From Syncephalis fuscata S228 (taxonomy: Eukaryota; Fungi; Zoopagomycota), in NCBI GenBank assembly GCA_025786725.1, contig JAHLTZ010000002.1, positions 496,001-560,000 on the forward strand: a stretch of 64,000 bases of DNA. The letters are read 5' to 3'. The notes under the pieces were generated by a model. That model saw only the letters and a list, made by a program, of their open reading frames with translations, was not told where the DNA came from and made no database searches. The translations under genes and the position numbers were made by a program. Positions within the stretch are counted from its first letter, which is position 1. Every line of letters starts with the position of its first letter. Positions 39,322 to 50,961 of this stretch are shown here, in pieces.

Positions 39322-40279
39322 GGATATTAAAGGTGCCAATATTCTTGTAGACTTGCACGGTACGTGTAAAATATCCGATTTTGGTGTATCTCGGCGACGA
39401 GAATATGCCGAGGCATATGAGGAGCGTCAGCTTTCATACCAAGCTCAAGGATCAGTATTTTGGTAAGTGATTTGGATGTAATAGTGGCCATGTTAACTAA
39501 TAATAATAATAATAATAATAATGTAATTTAGGATGGCACCTGAAGTTGTCAAACAGCGTGATTACAGTGCCAAAGTTGATATTTGGTAAGTAATGACTTG
39601 AATTACCATAAATACAACTACTAACTTGTATGCCGTTTTATTATAGGGCGCTTGGCTGTGTAATGGTAGAAATGATTTCGGCAAACTTTCCATGGAGTGG
39701 AGAAAATGAATTCTCTGCCATTTTCAATGTAAGTAGTTATTATTAATATATAGCTATAACAATATTGATTTATTTATTCATTTATACAATTATATACTTA
39801 CAGATTGGTCGAGGAAGAATGCCACCACTTCCGGAGAATATTGATGAACAGGCAGATGCATTTATGAAACGATGCTTTATTGCGTAAGTATACACATTTA
39901 CATTATACATCAACGTATAAGTTTGTATTTGAATAGTTGTATTAACATTAATTATAGCGATTCTACTGAAAGGCCTACTGCAGAAGAGTTGCTAAGTGAT
40001 CCATTTTGCGAAAAGGATTTGACCTATCGATTTGAAGATTATATTGTACCGCCTGAGGTAAATACCATTATATAACTATTGTAATCTAGTATTAATTAGT
40101 TTTATCAATAGGATTGTAGCGATAATGACGATAATGACGACGATTACGATGATGACGACGATTATTACGGTGATACATCTTTTAATGATACGTCATTCAA
40201 TAATAGTCGTAATTACGGCGAAGATATGCTAAATGACGACGGAGATGACGATGAAAATGACAAAAGCTTGATTAACTAG
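34493..40279 (+). CDS. BCK1: Cell-wall-integrity MAPKKK, Bck1/Mkh1 type
   Basis: Pre-kinase motifs RPSTDEISQNLDRYFPDHDLDRPI and RRRSTMLWG. Multi-exon kinase domain: WARGKLIGKGSFGRV, MAVKQVE, FLEYIPGGS, HRDIKGANIL, KISDFG, GSVFWMAPE, YSAKVDIW. Acidic last exon. Several 1-nt deletions in the disordered N-terminal region. Confidence 0.9.
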
Positions 40280-41140
40280 CGTAATAGCGCTTAGACTGTA
40301 GTTATAGCTACAATTGTCGTTTTATATACACCACACACCCATTCACATATACATATACATAGATATCATATTTGACAATCATTATTGTTTACAACAACCG
40401 TATTAACTTGTCAATATGATTTTGATTGTAGTATTACAGAAGGATGAATAGATTTTCACCTGCCAAATTATTGTTTTGCTATTGCGTATTTCTATTATTT
40501 AAAGCCATTAGGCCCCCTTTCAATTACACAATATTTTCTATTAAAATAAATGATTATTATTATTATGGATTCGTATATCCTATACTCATAAATATCATTC
40601 TATCCATATATGCTTCGACGTGCTTTCTTATTTTACTTGATGCATTATATGCATTATAACTCTAATGCTACTTATTATACACTTTCTTGTACATTCGTCC
40701 TACTATATGCCGTTGTTATTTGCTTAGTTTTACTCTGTTTGCAATGTTTATCAGTTTTTTTTGGATTTATTAATGATAAACCCTGACGAGTCTCGCTTAT
40801 TTTGTTAATGCGTATAGGCACGCTAGCCTCGACATTATTAGCTATGCCTTGTCGTTGTGTACTCATTCTAGTGTATATATAATATATTTTATAATAGTTA
40901 CACGCTATTCATAACTGCTGATCATTTAACTCTGGTTCACTATTATCAAGCTTCAATTTGTATGAGCATACAATGGTAACAATAATAATAATAAATGGAT
41001 GGATGGTCTAGAGGATATATGCGTATTGGATAATAAATCTACAATGTCAAGTATTTTATACCCACTTCTTTTTTATTACCCTTCGCCATCATAGCCTATA
41101 TTTGTATATTGTTTTTGCAAACTATAAGTAATTCATCACA

Positions 41141-41728
41141 ATGAGCAATAGACATAGCAATTCCAATCGCTTGACGTACACTGCAGAGACGCCAAAGTTT
41201 CTTCGTGGTCTGGTCAACTCTTTACCTAATGCACGAAATACACTCCCATCTACGCTATTAGGTCACATATCCGATCCAAATGATAACACGGGGAATGACA
41301 ATAATAAGAAACTAAATAGGGTTGGCAATGAAGAAGAGCAAGAGACAGAAGAACCTACCGGGCTAGCAGGAGAATGGGACGGACCCGAGGAAGAACGACC
41401 GCAGATAGTAGTACTGCGTAAAGGAAAACATTTATCAGAAGAGGCGGTTGAGCGCGAACTTGGTATTACTAAAGAAGGTACAAATAAACGATCAAGAAAC
41501 AGTGCCACTGCCACCGAAGACGACAACAATAAAAGCGACGAAGATAATGACGATAAACGAGGTGAAGCCGTGGCCGAAGATGGCCGCTTATTATTTAGAC
41601 CGCCAAAGAAAACAAAATCAACCAGTGCTAACAAATTCAATGCGGAAGGTAATAAGAAAAGTAAAAAGCAACGCAAATCGCAAAAGACCTCTAGTAAATT
41701 ATTGTCATTTGATACAGAAGATGCATAA
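41141..41728 (+). CDS. DUF4604 (KIAA1143-like) small hydrophilic protein
   Basis: N-terminal LTY...PKFLR, central EEERPQIVVL...HLSEE and C-terminal KLLSFD; intronless. Confidence 0.8.
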   Translation: MSNRHSNSNRLTYTAETPKFLRGLVNSLPNARNTLPSTLLGHISDPNDNTGNDNNKKLNRVGNEEEQETEEPTGLAGEWDGPEEERPQIVVLRKGKHLSEEAVERELGITKEGTNKRSRNSATATEDDNNKSDEDNDDKRGEAVAEDGRLLFRPPKKTKSTSANKFNAEGNKKSKKQRKSQKTSSKLLSFDTEDA

Positions 41729-42063
41729 CAATAAATAAAAGCATTAAATATAATAAAGTATATAGCAAAGTTGAACAGCAACTATTATTATGCTAATAAA
41801 TGATTAGAGATGACATGTAATTAGATTTAATTATTCACTAGTAGAAATGATTTAATCAATATTGATTACAGATTACAATTTACCTAACGTGTCAAGTGTT
41901 GCTACAAATACAATGTTCAGTATGTGTTGAGTGAATACAGTATACGATTATTCTTAATAAAACACAAATAAATAGTTGCTAAAATCTGTGTGCTTTCTAA
42001 ATATTGTCGCAAAAAAAAACTAAATATTGTTTTTACTGTATTTTGTTCACGTAGTTAGTTACA

Positions 42064-42884
42064 ATGGCAACACCCACCGAATCACGCCAGCTCTCTTCTT
42101 CGCTGATGGGTATGAAGGTAAATTGACCGATAAATTTATAGAAATAGCTGTCATGACCAATGTACAAATAATCTATAGTTTATGCAACGTCAACGTGAAA
42201 AAGAAGAACAGCAACGATTAGAAAAGGAGGAGCAGCGGGCCATCACCGAATCACACTGGAGAATTCAATATAAAGAAAAAGAAGAAGAAAACTCTGATGC
42301 ACCGCGAGTAGCCACCTCTTTTGCGTAAGTAATTCTTGAAAGAAACTAGTAGAAATGATTGAATAAACATACACACACATATATATATATATATAGACGA
42401 ACAAAATCAATACCTAGTCTATTGGCGTTTGAATCGGCGGGATTCCATGGTCGGCAGTCATTTAGACAATTTAACAAAGAAATAGAGGTAGATAGCGATA
42501 CCGGTATAGTTGGTATTGACTAATGGTTCGCAACACTTGTAGAGTTTGGCTTATAGCACAGCGGAAAAGCAGCAGTCAGAACGAGAGGAAGAGCAAGAGA
42601 AACGTATGGGTGTTTCTGATGAACAAATGGCTGGATGGTATGCTAAGCGTGGAGAGCAACAGCCAAACGGCAATAGTAAAACAGCAAAAGATCGTAAAAA
42701 GCGCCAGAATAAACGTACACGGAGCGATGAAAAAGTGGCATTACCTCAGCAAGAGACGTTCAATGATTCCAAAAGACGCAACACTAAAGAAGTATCAGCA
42801 GCAGTGGCATCCGATCGTGAAATGCCTATAGATGCTCGCGGTGATGGATTCTTAAAACCGAGTCTATCCGCTAATGATGAATGA
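42064..42884 (+). CDS. MPP6: M-phase phosphoprotein 6 (nuclear exosome cofactor)
   Basis: Spliced product MATPTESRQLSSSLMGMKFMQR...ESHW...GRQSFRQFNKEIE...VSDEQMA...FLKP; three GT-AG introns. Confidence 0.85.
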
Positions 42885-43209
42885 ATGAATAACAGTAATG
42901 TTAATTATTAGTACAAATAATATTAACTAAAGTAAATTAAATATCATTTTATTACGTGAACAATGTAAATGTTAAAATAAATGATCAGTAAAGTATTCCT
43001 CCATACAGTTATGCATTGACCATAGAGTTTACAATTCAATAGTTGTAAAATTATTTCTAACTACTCAGTTTTGCAGTTTATTACACTTTTTACATGCCAA
43101 ATCCGTCTAATTTCACTTTTAGCAGCAGACCATTAGTATGATAATTAGTTATTTTTCCATTGACTCATTTTGATGGTCGGTACAAGCTATTGTCACGATT
43201 AGTAGATAT

Positions 43210-43715
43210 GGCGCTATTGTACTTTGACTTCCACATTTTTATTTATCCATTTCACCTTTCAACACTTTTAGATACAATTAAACATTCATTCATTACTATA
43301 ACATGTATAACATTGCATCCAACATTAATTAATTTATGTGTAATTATCCACACAATAATGTAATTAAATATGCACTAAATGCAACAGTAGAAAATTGGAA
43401 AATAAAACAGACCATTCAAACGCAACAATCCATGCTGTACGTAGATGTAACAACAGCAAATGCGGAATGACATGGAATTGCAGCCATAAGGCTTCTATTG
43501 ATATTTGATCAATCTTTCTACACATGGCCAACTACAACAATGATCGGCTTTAAATGTTCCAAAGAAATCAAATAGTACATTCATTGTTTATTTAAATGTT
43601 AATATTATTAGCAATAGGAAGTAATATAGCTATGTTGTGTATAACGGCATGACTTCAATTAGAACGAATTTTGCTTTGGGGACTCAGAAGTGGGACTTGG
43701 AGTAAATATCAACCA
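43210..43715 (-). repeat. Second copy of the 3854-4489 repeat (foldback arm, spacer and flank) in reverse orientation
   Basis: Colinear with the reverse complement of 3854-4489 except for a block of about 125 bp (4207-4330) that is absent here. Shared blocks include cacatttttatttatccatttcac and ctatgttgtgtataacggcatg. Confidence 0.85.
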
Positions 43716-44420
43716 GTAGATATAATCGCACATTTATTTTTAAACAGCAAGAAGGCCTGCAGCTATGGATGAATGATTACCATTTGTGTACCCATACTAT
43801 TGCAAAATCATCCTAAAACGGAACGATCCTTGAGGGGTCCGTTTTAATGATTTTATTCGACCATTAAATAAAACAGACACTATAACCACGATTGTACAAA
43901 ACAAACAGTTGAAATGTATAATTGCTTTAATTTACTTATTTCCATTTGAAATCGCACTAATGGCTTATGCTGTCCGTTCAAACATTGCTGACGCAACAAT
44001 ACTTAGCAAAGGTTTGCTATTATCAACATTGGTGACTGACACTCGAGCGAAACAGATACCTGTTCGATAATTACTCTTTTGGGAAAGCTATATGACCTTT
44101 GTGATCGCACGTCCATTCTCCGGTGCTTGCTGCAAATACTAAAGGGTGGTACACGGCCCAAAATGAACCGCCATGTGGAATGAGGTGCAGCTATGGAATT
44201 ATCTATATCTAAAAGACGACTTGTATAGAATTATGCAAGCTTGCCACATATAAAACAACGGGATAGACTCCATATGGGCGCGGTCAACATACGGCAGTGT
44301 TTGTTTTCCTATTTCTTTTACTTTACATTTATTTAAAATCAGTATACTTTTTGTGACTTAGTTTATTTGTTATTCCATTTTGTTTAATACCCGTCGACAA
44401 ATCGCGGATGCGCTACCATC

Positions 44421-45910
44421 ATGCGATTTGATACAGCCCCGCCTTTCGCGCCCTATTGCGACTATTCTGTCAATTTCCGCGATTGTGAGGGTGAGCAGAC
44501 ACATTTTATTATATTTATTGTTGGTGCAGTACTTCACGTTATGTTCATCATTATCGGCTGCTATACCGCATTTTATGCCCGTTTGTCGCTTGGCGTGATG
44601 GGCACACAAGATAGCAGCAGAGAAAGTCGGTGTAATGGCGATGGTGGTGGCAACAGCGATGCTTCCATGGGGGATGATAGGTCTCGGATGATACGGCAAC
44701 CAATGAAACTATCCAACATCATGTGGGTCGTATTTCTGATTGTTCGGCTTGTACATATTACACTATGCATGCTGGAAATTGTTCCGCTATTATCAGTGCG
44801 AATGACCTTTATGTCACTCTCGCTGGCCTTTGGCTACTATGCTATTTTTATTTTTGCCGCGGGAGTTATTGAAACGGTGCATTTGACCGTTGGACGGACG
44901 CTTTATCAGCAGAAATCGTATTTTTACCAACCAATACGGCTACGTGTGTTTTCTTCTCGGATAGTCATTTGGTTTCTTGCCACGCTAGTAGCTGCAACAA
45001 CCCTGGGTCATCTTGCATTCATGTATGTAGCAGGAAAGCGTGGGCAGGAGGGCGATTGGGATAGTTACACACATCATGTGCAATACGGCTGGGCCGTATG
45101 GTCTGTTAGCTATGTGATTGTTGGCGTTTTATACGCTTACTACGCCATTATACTTACCATGACACTGCAACAACTTATTCCTCAGAAACTCGACTATAAA
45201 ACTAAAGCAGCTCATTATGAGCAAAGTTCACACAGCCATCAGCCAAGCAGTTTATCTAAATTAACTGCTATTACAAATAAAGTCCGCGCTTTTTTCCGTG
45301 GCAATAAAACCAACAAAATGAGTTCTACTCACTCAAAAAAGCATGGCGGTGGATTTACTAACGACGACAGCGATTGGTATCCAGATGCTATGTACATGCA
45401 TAACAATATATCCAATCAAATATCGTTGAAGGAGCCAAATACTGTCGAGGTTACCGTAGCTCAGATAGAGCTGAATGAACGTATCAAGTCCATTAAAAGA
45501 CTAAGAAGTATTTTGTATTATCTTTTATTTGTTTACATAGCCGGTATTATCTCGGTATTTTTATGGGGATTTGGTATAAAAGCATTACTGACCATGCCGA
45601 TCTTTAATCGGATCATGGAGATACTTTACGTTGCCGTGCTTTTCCCGGGATTATCCTTTGGCATATTCTACGCCATTGGCAGATTGAACGGGCACGGAGG
45701 CACAAAGAACAGCTTTCATCGATGGGACGCCAAAAAAAATTATGGGTACTAAGCCAAAGGCCAAAAAGCGACATGCTAACAAACAACGAATCTTTTTTCT
45801 ATAACGATTACGATGACTACGATGATGATAACAAAAATTTTAATCGACGATTATCAGATCCCAATGATATTCACTCTCCAGTATCTCCATCGCTTCCACT
45901 ATCATTTTAA
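44421..45910 (+). CDS. Orphan seven-transmembrane (GPCR-like) protein
   Basis: Seven hydrophobic segments, a long hydrophilic loop between TM5 and TM6, and a short N-terminus with CDYSVNFRDC. The ORF stops at 45752, but one extra A in the A8 run (45732-45739) extends it to 45910. Confidence 0.7.
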
Positions 45911-46509
45911 GTAAAGCTCTCGTGTTAAATTGCTGATGCTATATTGTAATAAAATCATATTGTTGTTTTTTAATTTATATAAAATATTTTTTATACAAAA
46001 TCTGTCTAGTAAATGAGCAATAAACTCAACTTCAAGTGAATCTATAATAAAACGTATAAATCTATTATTACCATATTTGGCAATTATAAATTAGCTTTTT
46101 TCTCACATTAAAGAATTGTAATTGCATCCTTTTTACCATCTCCAGGTGTCATTTTCCACTTACGTGAAATACCCATGTATAATTAATTAGCCTTTTTTAT
46201 AATAAATACCAACTAAAATTCTTTAAATTGTACTGTTCACACATTTTTATATCAGTAATATAATATATAGTTAGTTTTGTAGTAATCAGCCATTTGTTAA
46301 TCATTTAAATCTTTATAATTTTATATTCTATTTATAAATAAAACAATGGCAATATCACTTTTTAATAAATATACGCAATCGTGTAACTATAATTGCATGA
46401 ATAGGCCAAAATAACCATGATCATGCAACGGCCCTTTCTTTCCGCTTATGTCTCTATTGCTCTTTTGTCTATTACATATTAATTTTAGTGCAACTATTTC
46501 TAGTCAACT

Positions 46510-48537
46510 ATGTCTTTGAGTGTTAATAATCATAAAATATGGCAAAATCATGACATTTTATTGTATTTGTGCCACTTTATGAATGGTAAAGAACTGGTGC
46601 TCTTTGCTACCAGTTGTCGGCTTTTTCATAAAACAATAGTTGATCGTCCTGATCATTGGGAACAGCAATATAGACGAACATTTTGTCTAGATGATCAGCA
46701 CGAACAAGAATGGTTTACATGGCATAATTGGAGCATCAATACTACAGCAGAAAAAAAAGAATTTACATTTGGTATAAATCAAACAAAACAAGAACATTCA
46801 TTATCATCCACTATTACAACTGTTGATGATACTGATAAGAAATCTATACTATCTTTTGACTATTTACCATCCATTCCCAATTTCGGTACTACTCAATGGT
46901 TCTATGCTTATCACCGGCGCCAACAAATTAATTGCAACTTTATGGCAGGCCGGTTCAAAAAGCAAATGTGCCAGTTACCAGTTGAAAAAAACGCTGAACT
47001 GAAAGTAGTTGAAGTAAATCCTTGGAATGGACTGGTGTGGGATAGGAAAAACTCGAAAATATGGTCAATTTATCACAACTTACTTAGCAAGAGAAATGGA
47101 CATGACAATAAAGAATTAGCATGGAAAGAATTGACAATTCCTTTGTTGCCTCCCCGATTTAATCGAACTGTGAGAATCAACTCTGTCAATGGAACACATC
47201 AGTTTGTTGTGGCTAATGTTACTATAATTACAGAAGAGGAAGTAGAAGACGTGGATACTGATGATTCAATAGGTAAGCAATAGTTATCAATGCTAATAGC
47301 AAATAAACGAATGGAATTATAGTGCGATAGGGAGAAAGATGCTAACTTTTTAATGCTTTAGATAAATATTCTATTATGTACCCGACTACTACATCTTTTA
47401 TAAAACTAAAAAGTTACAAGCGAGACACCATGATAGTATGGCGTCATGCTTGCAACCCACCTGCCAAGATTATTGATATTTCAAATACAATTAAATCTGA
47501 AGAAAGAGAGGTATCTCACGTGGTTGGCATTTATAACAAGTGGATGCTTTTAAGCACTAAACATAAACAAGATTTATGCCACGTATTCGATTTACTTGAT
47601 TTAGAAAGAAATCAATGGGTACACTGCTCATCATTGCCCGTGCATAAATCGTTTATTTCTATTCAATCTGCTTCTCGCAAACAGTGTCAATTTTTAACAT
47701 GGGAAATAATAAGCGAATCTGTAAGCATTGAAGCTGATTCTACTTCTACAACTACTCAAAGTTTCCATACTTTTGACAATGACATCCAATCAACACGCAT
47801 CCAATGGAAGCTATTTAACATTCAAGAAGGACAACATCGGTGCCAAAAGATTTTATCAAATCAAATCATCATTCCATATCATTCAATTATCATAGCTGGA
47901 ACTGAGTCATACACAGAAGACATGTGTCTAATTACTTTATGGACTACGTACTATGATCAAGAGAGCGGTATAGGTAAACTAAAACCTTTATTAGTAGTAT
48001 TTGAGCTGGGTAAGTTTTTTGTCAAACAATCCGCCATAATGTTTAGTTAACATCATAGCTTACGTTGAACTGCCGTTATTAGATAGTGCTGATCAAGGAC
48101 GTGTATTATGGAGTCGTATTATGGACGGCATAACGATTACAAAAATATACAGTAAGAAGCTAATTGTCATTAAAAATTATGATGCACTCAATGTGCTTGA
48201 TGTCCGAGATGGAAATCTACTACGTTCACTTGACTGTCTAGGCCATCTTGAACCCACACCTTTTCTTGGAACTTTATGCAGTCTTTTTAATTGGAACTAT
48301 AATGAAGTTTGGTTTGCTGACATGCAAACTGGGTGTATTTACAAACCACCATCTAGTCTTACTAACCAACAAACTGAAGAAGACAATGAAAATATATCTT
48401 TGGATTCCATTGAAATAACAGCTTTAGCACTTTCTTTGGAACATATAAATCTCAAACACTGTAAATATAGCGCATCATGTGCCATTATTAGTCGAATTAA
48501 TACGAAAAGCGGCCTATATACTGCATTCATGTTGTAA
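46510..48537 (+). CDS. F-box protein with a divergent beta-rich (propeller-like) C-terminus
   Basis: N-terminal HDILLYLCHFMNGKELVLFATSCRLFH...W...Y F-box pattern; two GT-AG introns join three ORFs. Confidence 0.72.
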
Positions 48538-49072
48538 ACAGTTTTATTTTTAAAATTGCTACAAATAATAAAGTTATCGATGATGCAAATCTCGTTCCAT
48601 CAATAAACACATAAAAGGGGCTCACCAGCTCACTAAAAATAAACACAAATCTTTTTATAGTGTTTTGTAGTTTCAATATTGGTTAACGACTGCTCACGGT
48701 ACAAAGCAGCGATTCTTGTACACATTACTTGCTAGTCATTGTAACACCAAGTACGTTAAATAGCATTTTTATTAGTTACAATTTTGCTAAATGTTTTTTC
48801 TCCTTTTCCAATGTTTCATCATCAAGACTATATATGAGTAATTGTTCATAATACGTATATTCCATTTACAATAAAAATAACCATCAAATGACCTTCGTTG
48901 CACGTGCAAATGACGTGGTTGGTGTGAATGTGCGTGAATGGTGTGCCAATGTCTTGCATCCCCCCAACCTGCCAAAAACCATGCATAGATTTGTGACACA
49001 CCATTGAGTAAGCTAGAGATTCGTCCTTTTGACTTCTTTTCACCTCCTGAACTTTTAAGATTGATTGTAATT

Positions 49073-50961
49073 ATGGTTGTAGCCTACGAAATAGCTCGAG
49101 TTGTTGTTAATCTGTCGCTTTCTGGCTGGTTTCGAGAACGATGTGTTATTGGTCATGAGAATGTTCCCTATCGAAAGTCAGTAATTCTGTAAGTTATAGT
49201 CAATGACGGATGTAAGCCATAGAACGCTAACCTTAACTGTACACAATATATATTGTGATTACAGTGCAGCGTAAGTAGCCTTCAAGATTTCAGTCCAAGT
49301 AGTCACATTTATTCATAATGTCGCTTAGAACACACGCCAATATGATAATAGACCCTTAGTTCTTGGTCTATCCATGCCTTATAAGCGACGACTTCATTTC
49401 TGGGCCAAAAGCAGTATGTTTAAAAACAAACTGGCCAGTTCTTTATTGTATGAACTTGGCGCTGTTCCAGTTGATCGTAAATCAAAGAATAATGCTAGTC
49501 TATTTGCTGGCACATTGAAGACGCTACGTGAAAACGGCGTCATGGCTATTTTCCCGGAAGGTAGGCTATTTGGCGTATTGCACTTGTTTTTCTGAGTAAA
49601 CAAACAAATCAACATGATCTAGGCACTTCCTATACACTGCCACATATTATGGAACTACGTGATGGTTTGTCATGGGTGAGTTTTATTCAATATATTATAA
49701 TTCAAAGTCTTACTGTTCAATAGGCGGCATTGGAACATGCATCGGAGATGGATGAGGCGGGACAAGGCAAGTATACGGCTCCAATTGTTCCTTCGGGCAT
49801 CACCTATGTCCGCAAACAAAAGTGGAGAAGTATGGTGATTATCCAGTAGGTAGCTACAGCGTATTGGTGCTATATCTAACCGTAATGGCCTCTCTAGTTT
49901 CGGTCGTCCTATAGATCTTGCCGTGTATTTAGAGCAGTTTAAGCAAGATAAACGAGCAGCAGTAAAGGAGCTGACCAAGGAGATAGATAAGGAGTTGCGT
50001 AAAGTGACTATCAACGCACCAGACTGGTAAGCAAAGCCAAAGCTTGAATTGTCAGTTATTTAATTTAATTTATTGTAGGGATACTATGCATGCCAGTGAA
50101 ATGGCCTATACGCTGATTGTTCCTGACGATGTACTCATTCCTGAAAACTACGTCAAATTAATGCAATAGTACGTAAATATAAAACTGTACAAGTTTAATG
50201 ATTAACTGGTATTGTCTAGTATTGTGGCCATGTTTACCGACCACCAAGATAGACCAGAGGTGCAGAAATTGAAACAAGATCTGCTTCAATACCGCGAGAT
50301 TCTAACAACGCTTCGTCTATCGGATGTTGATATATCCGCATTTGTTCGAGACCATATTGGCACGGTTAGCGTCACAGTTAGTTTAGTGGCACGTGCTGTA
50401 AGACTATTGTTTGATTTGCCCCTTTTCCTACCTGGCTTTATCTTCCACTTTCCAATATTTCTAATAGCTCGAGCCATCGATCGATGGGAGCCTTATGAAG
50501 AGTGCAAAGCTCAGGATAAAGTAGTTGCCACGGTTGCCGTGCTGCCAATTCTTTATGGTTTGCTATTCCGCTATGTTTGGTCACTTTCAGGATATTCGTT
50601 AGTGGGCTTTCTGGTGACCACTGCTTTGACAATTACGTTTATTGTTTATCACTCATCGTTGATGGATGACCGCTACGATCTTTTCCAGTCACTGTTGGCG
50701 TCTTGGCGCATGTTTAAAGCAGTTACTACTCGTCGTGGTGAAGAAGGGCAAAAGGTGATTGCTGCGGCCGAACTACGACAAGAAAGCATGGCCGATTTGT
50801 ATCAGTTGGTGGAGCGACTAAGCGATACACACGAAGGGGCCGGCCAGTTACACGCATTTAGAGAACATAGATCTGTAATGCCTACGAATGCGGTGAAAGG
50901 TGGCGGTCATGGCAAGAAGGCAAGCAAAAGCCATAGTCGTACTGTTACTCCATTATTTTAA
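49073..50961 (+). CDS. Glycerol-3-phosphate / DHAP O-acyltransferase (PlsC superfamily, Sct1/Gpt2-like)
   Basis: WFRE...GHENVP, motif I THANMIIDP (HxxxxD), FWAKSSMF, GAVPVDR, motif III IFPEGTS, IVPSGITY, TINAPDW and C-terminal TM segments. Contains a 6-nt exon (49265-49270) and a 1-nt deletion near 49353. Confidence 0.88.
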
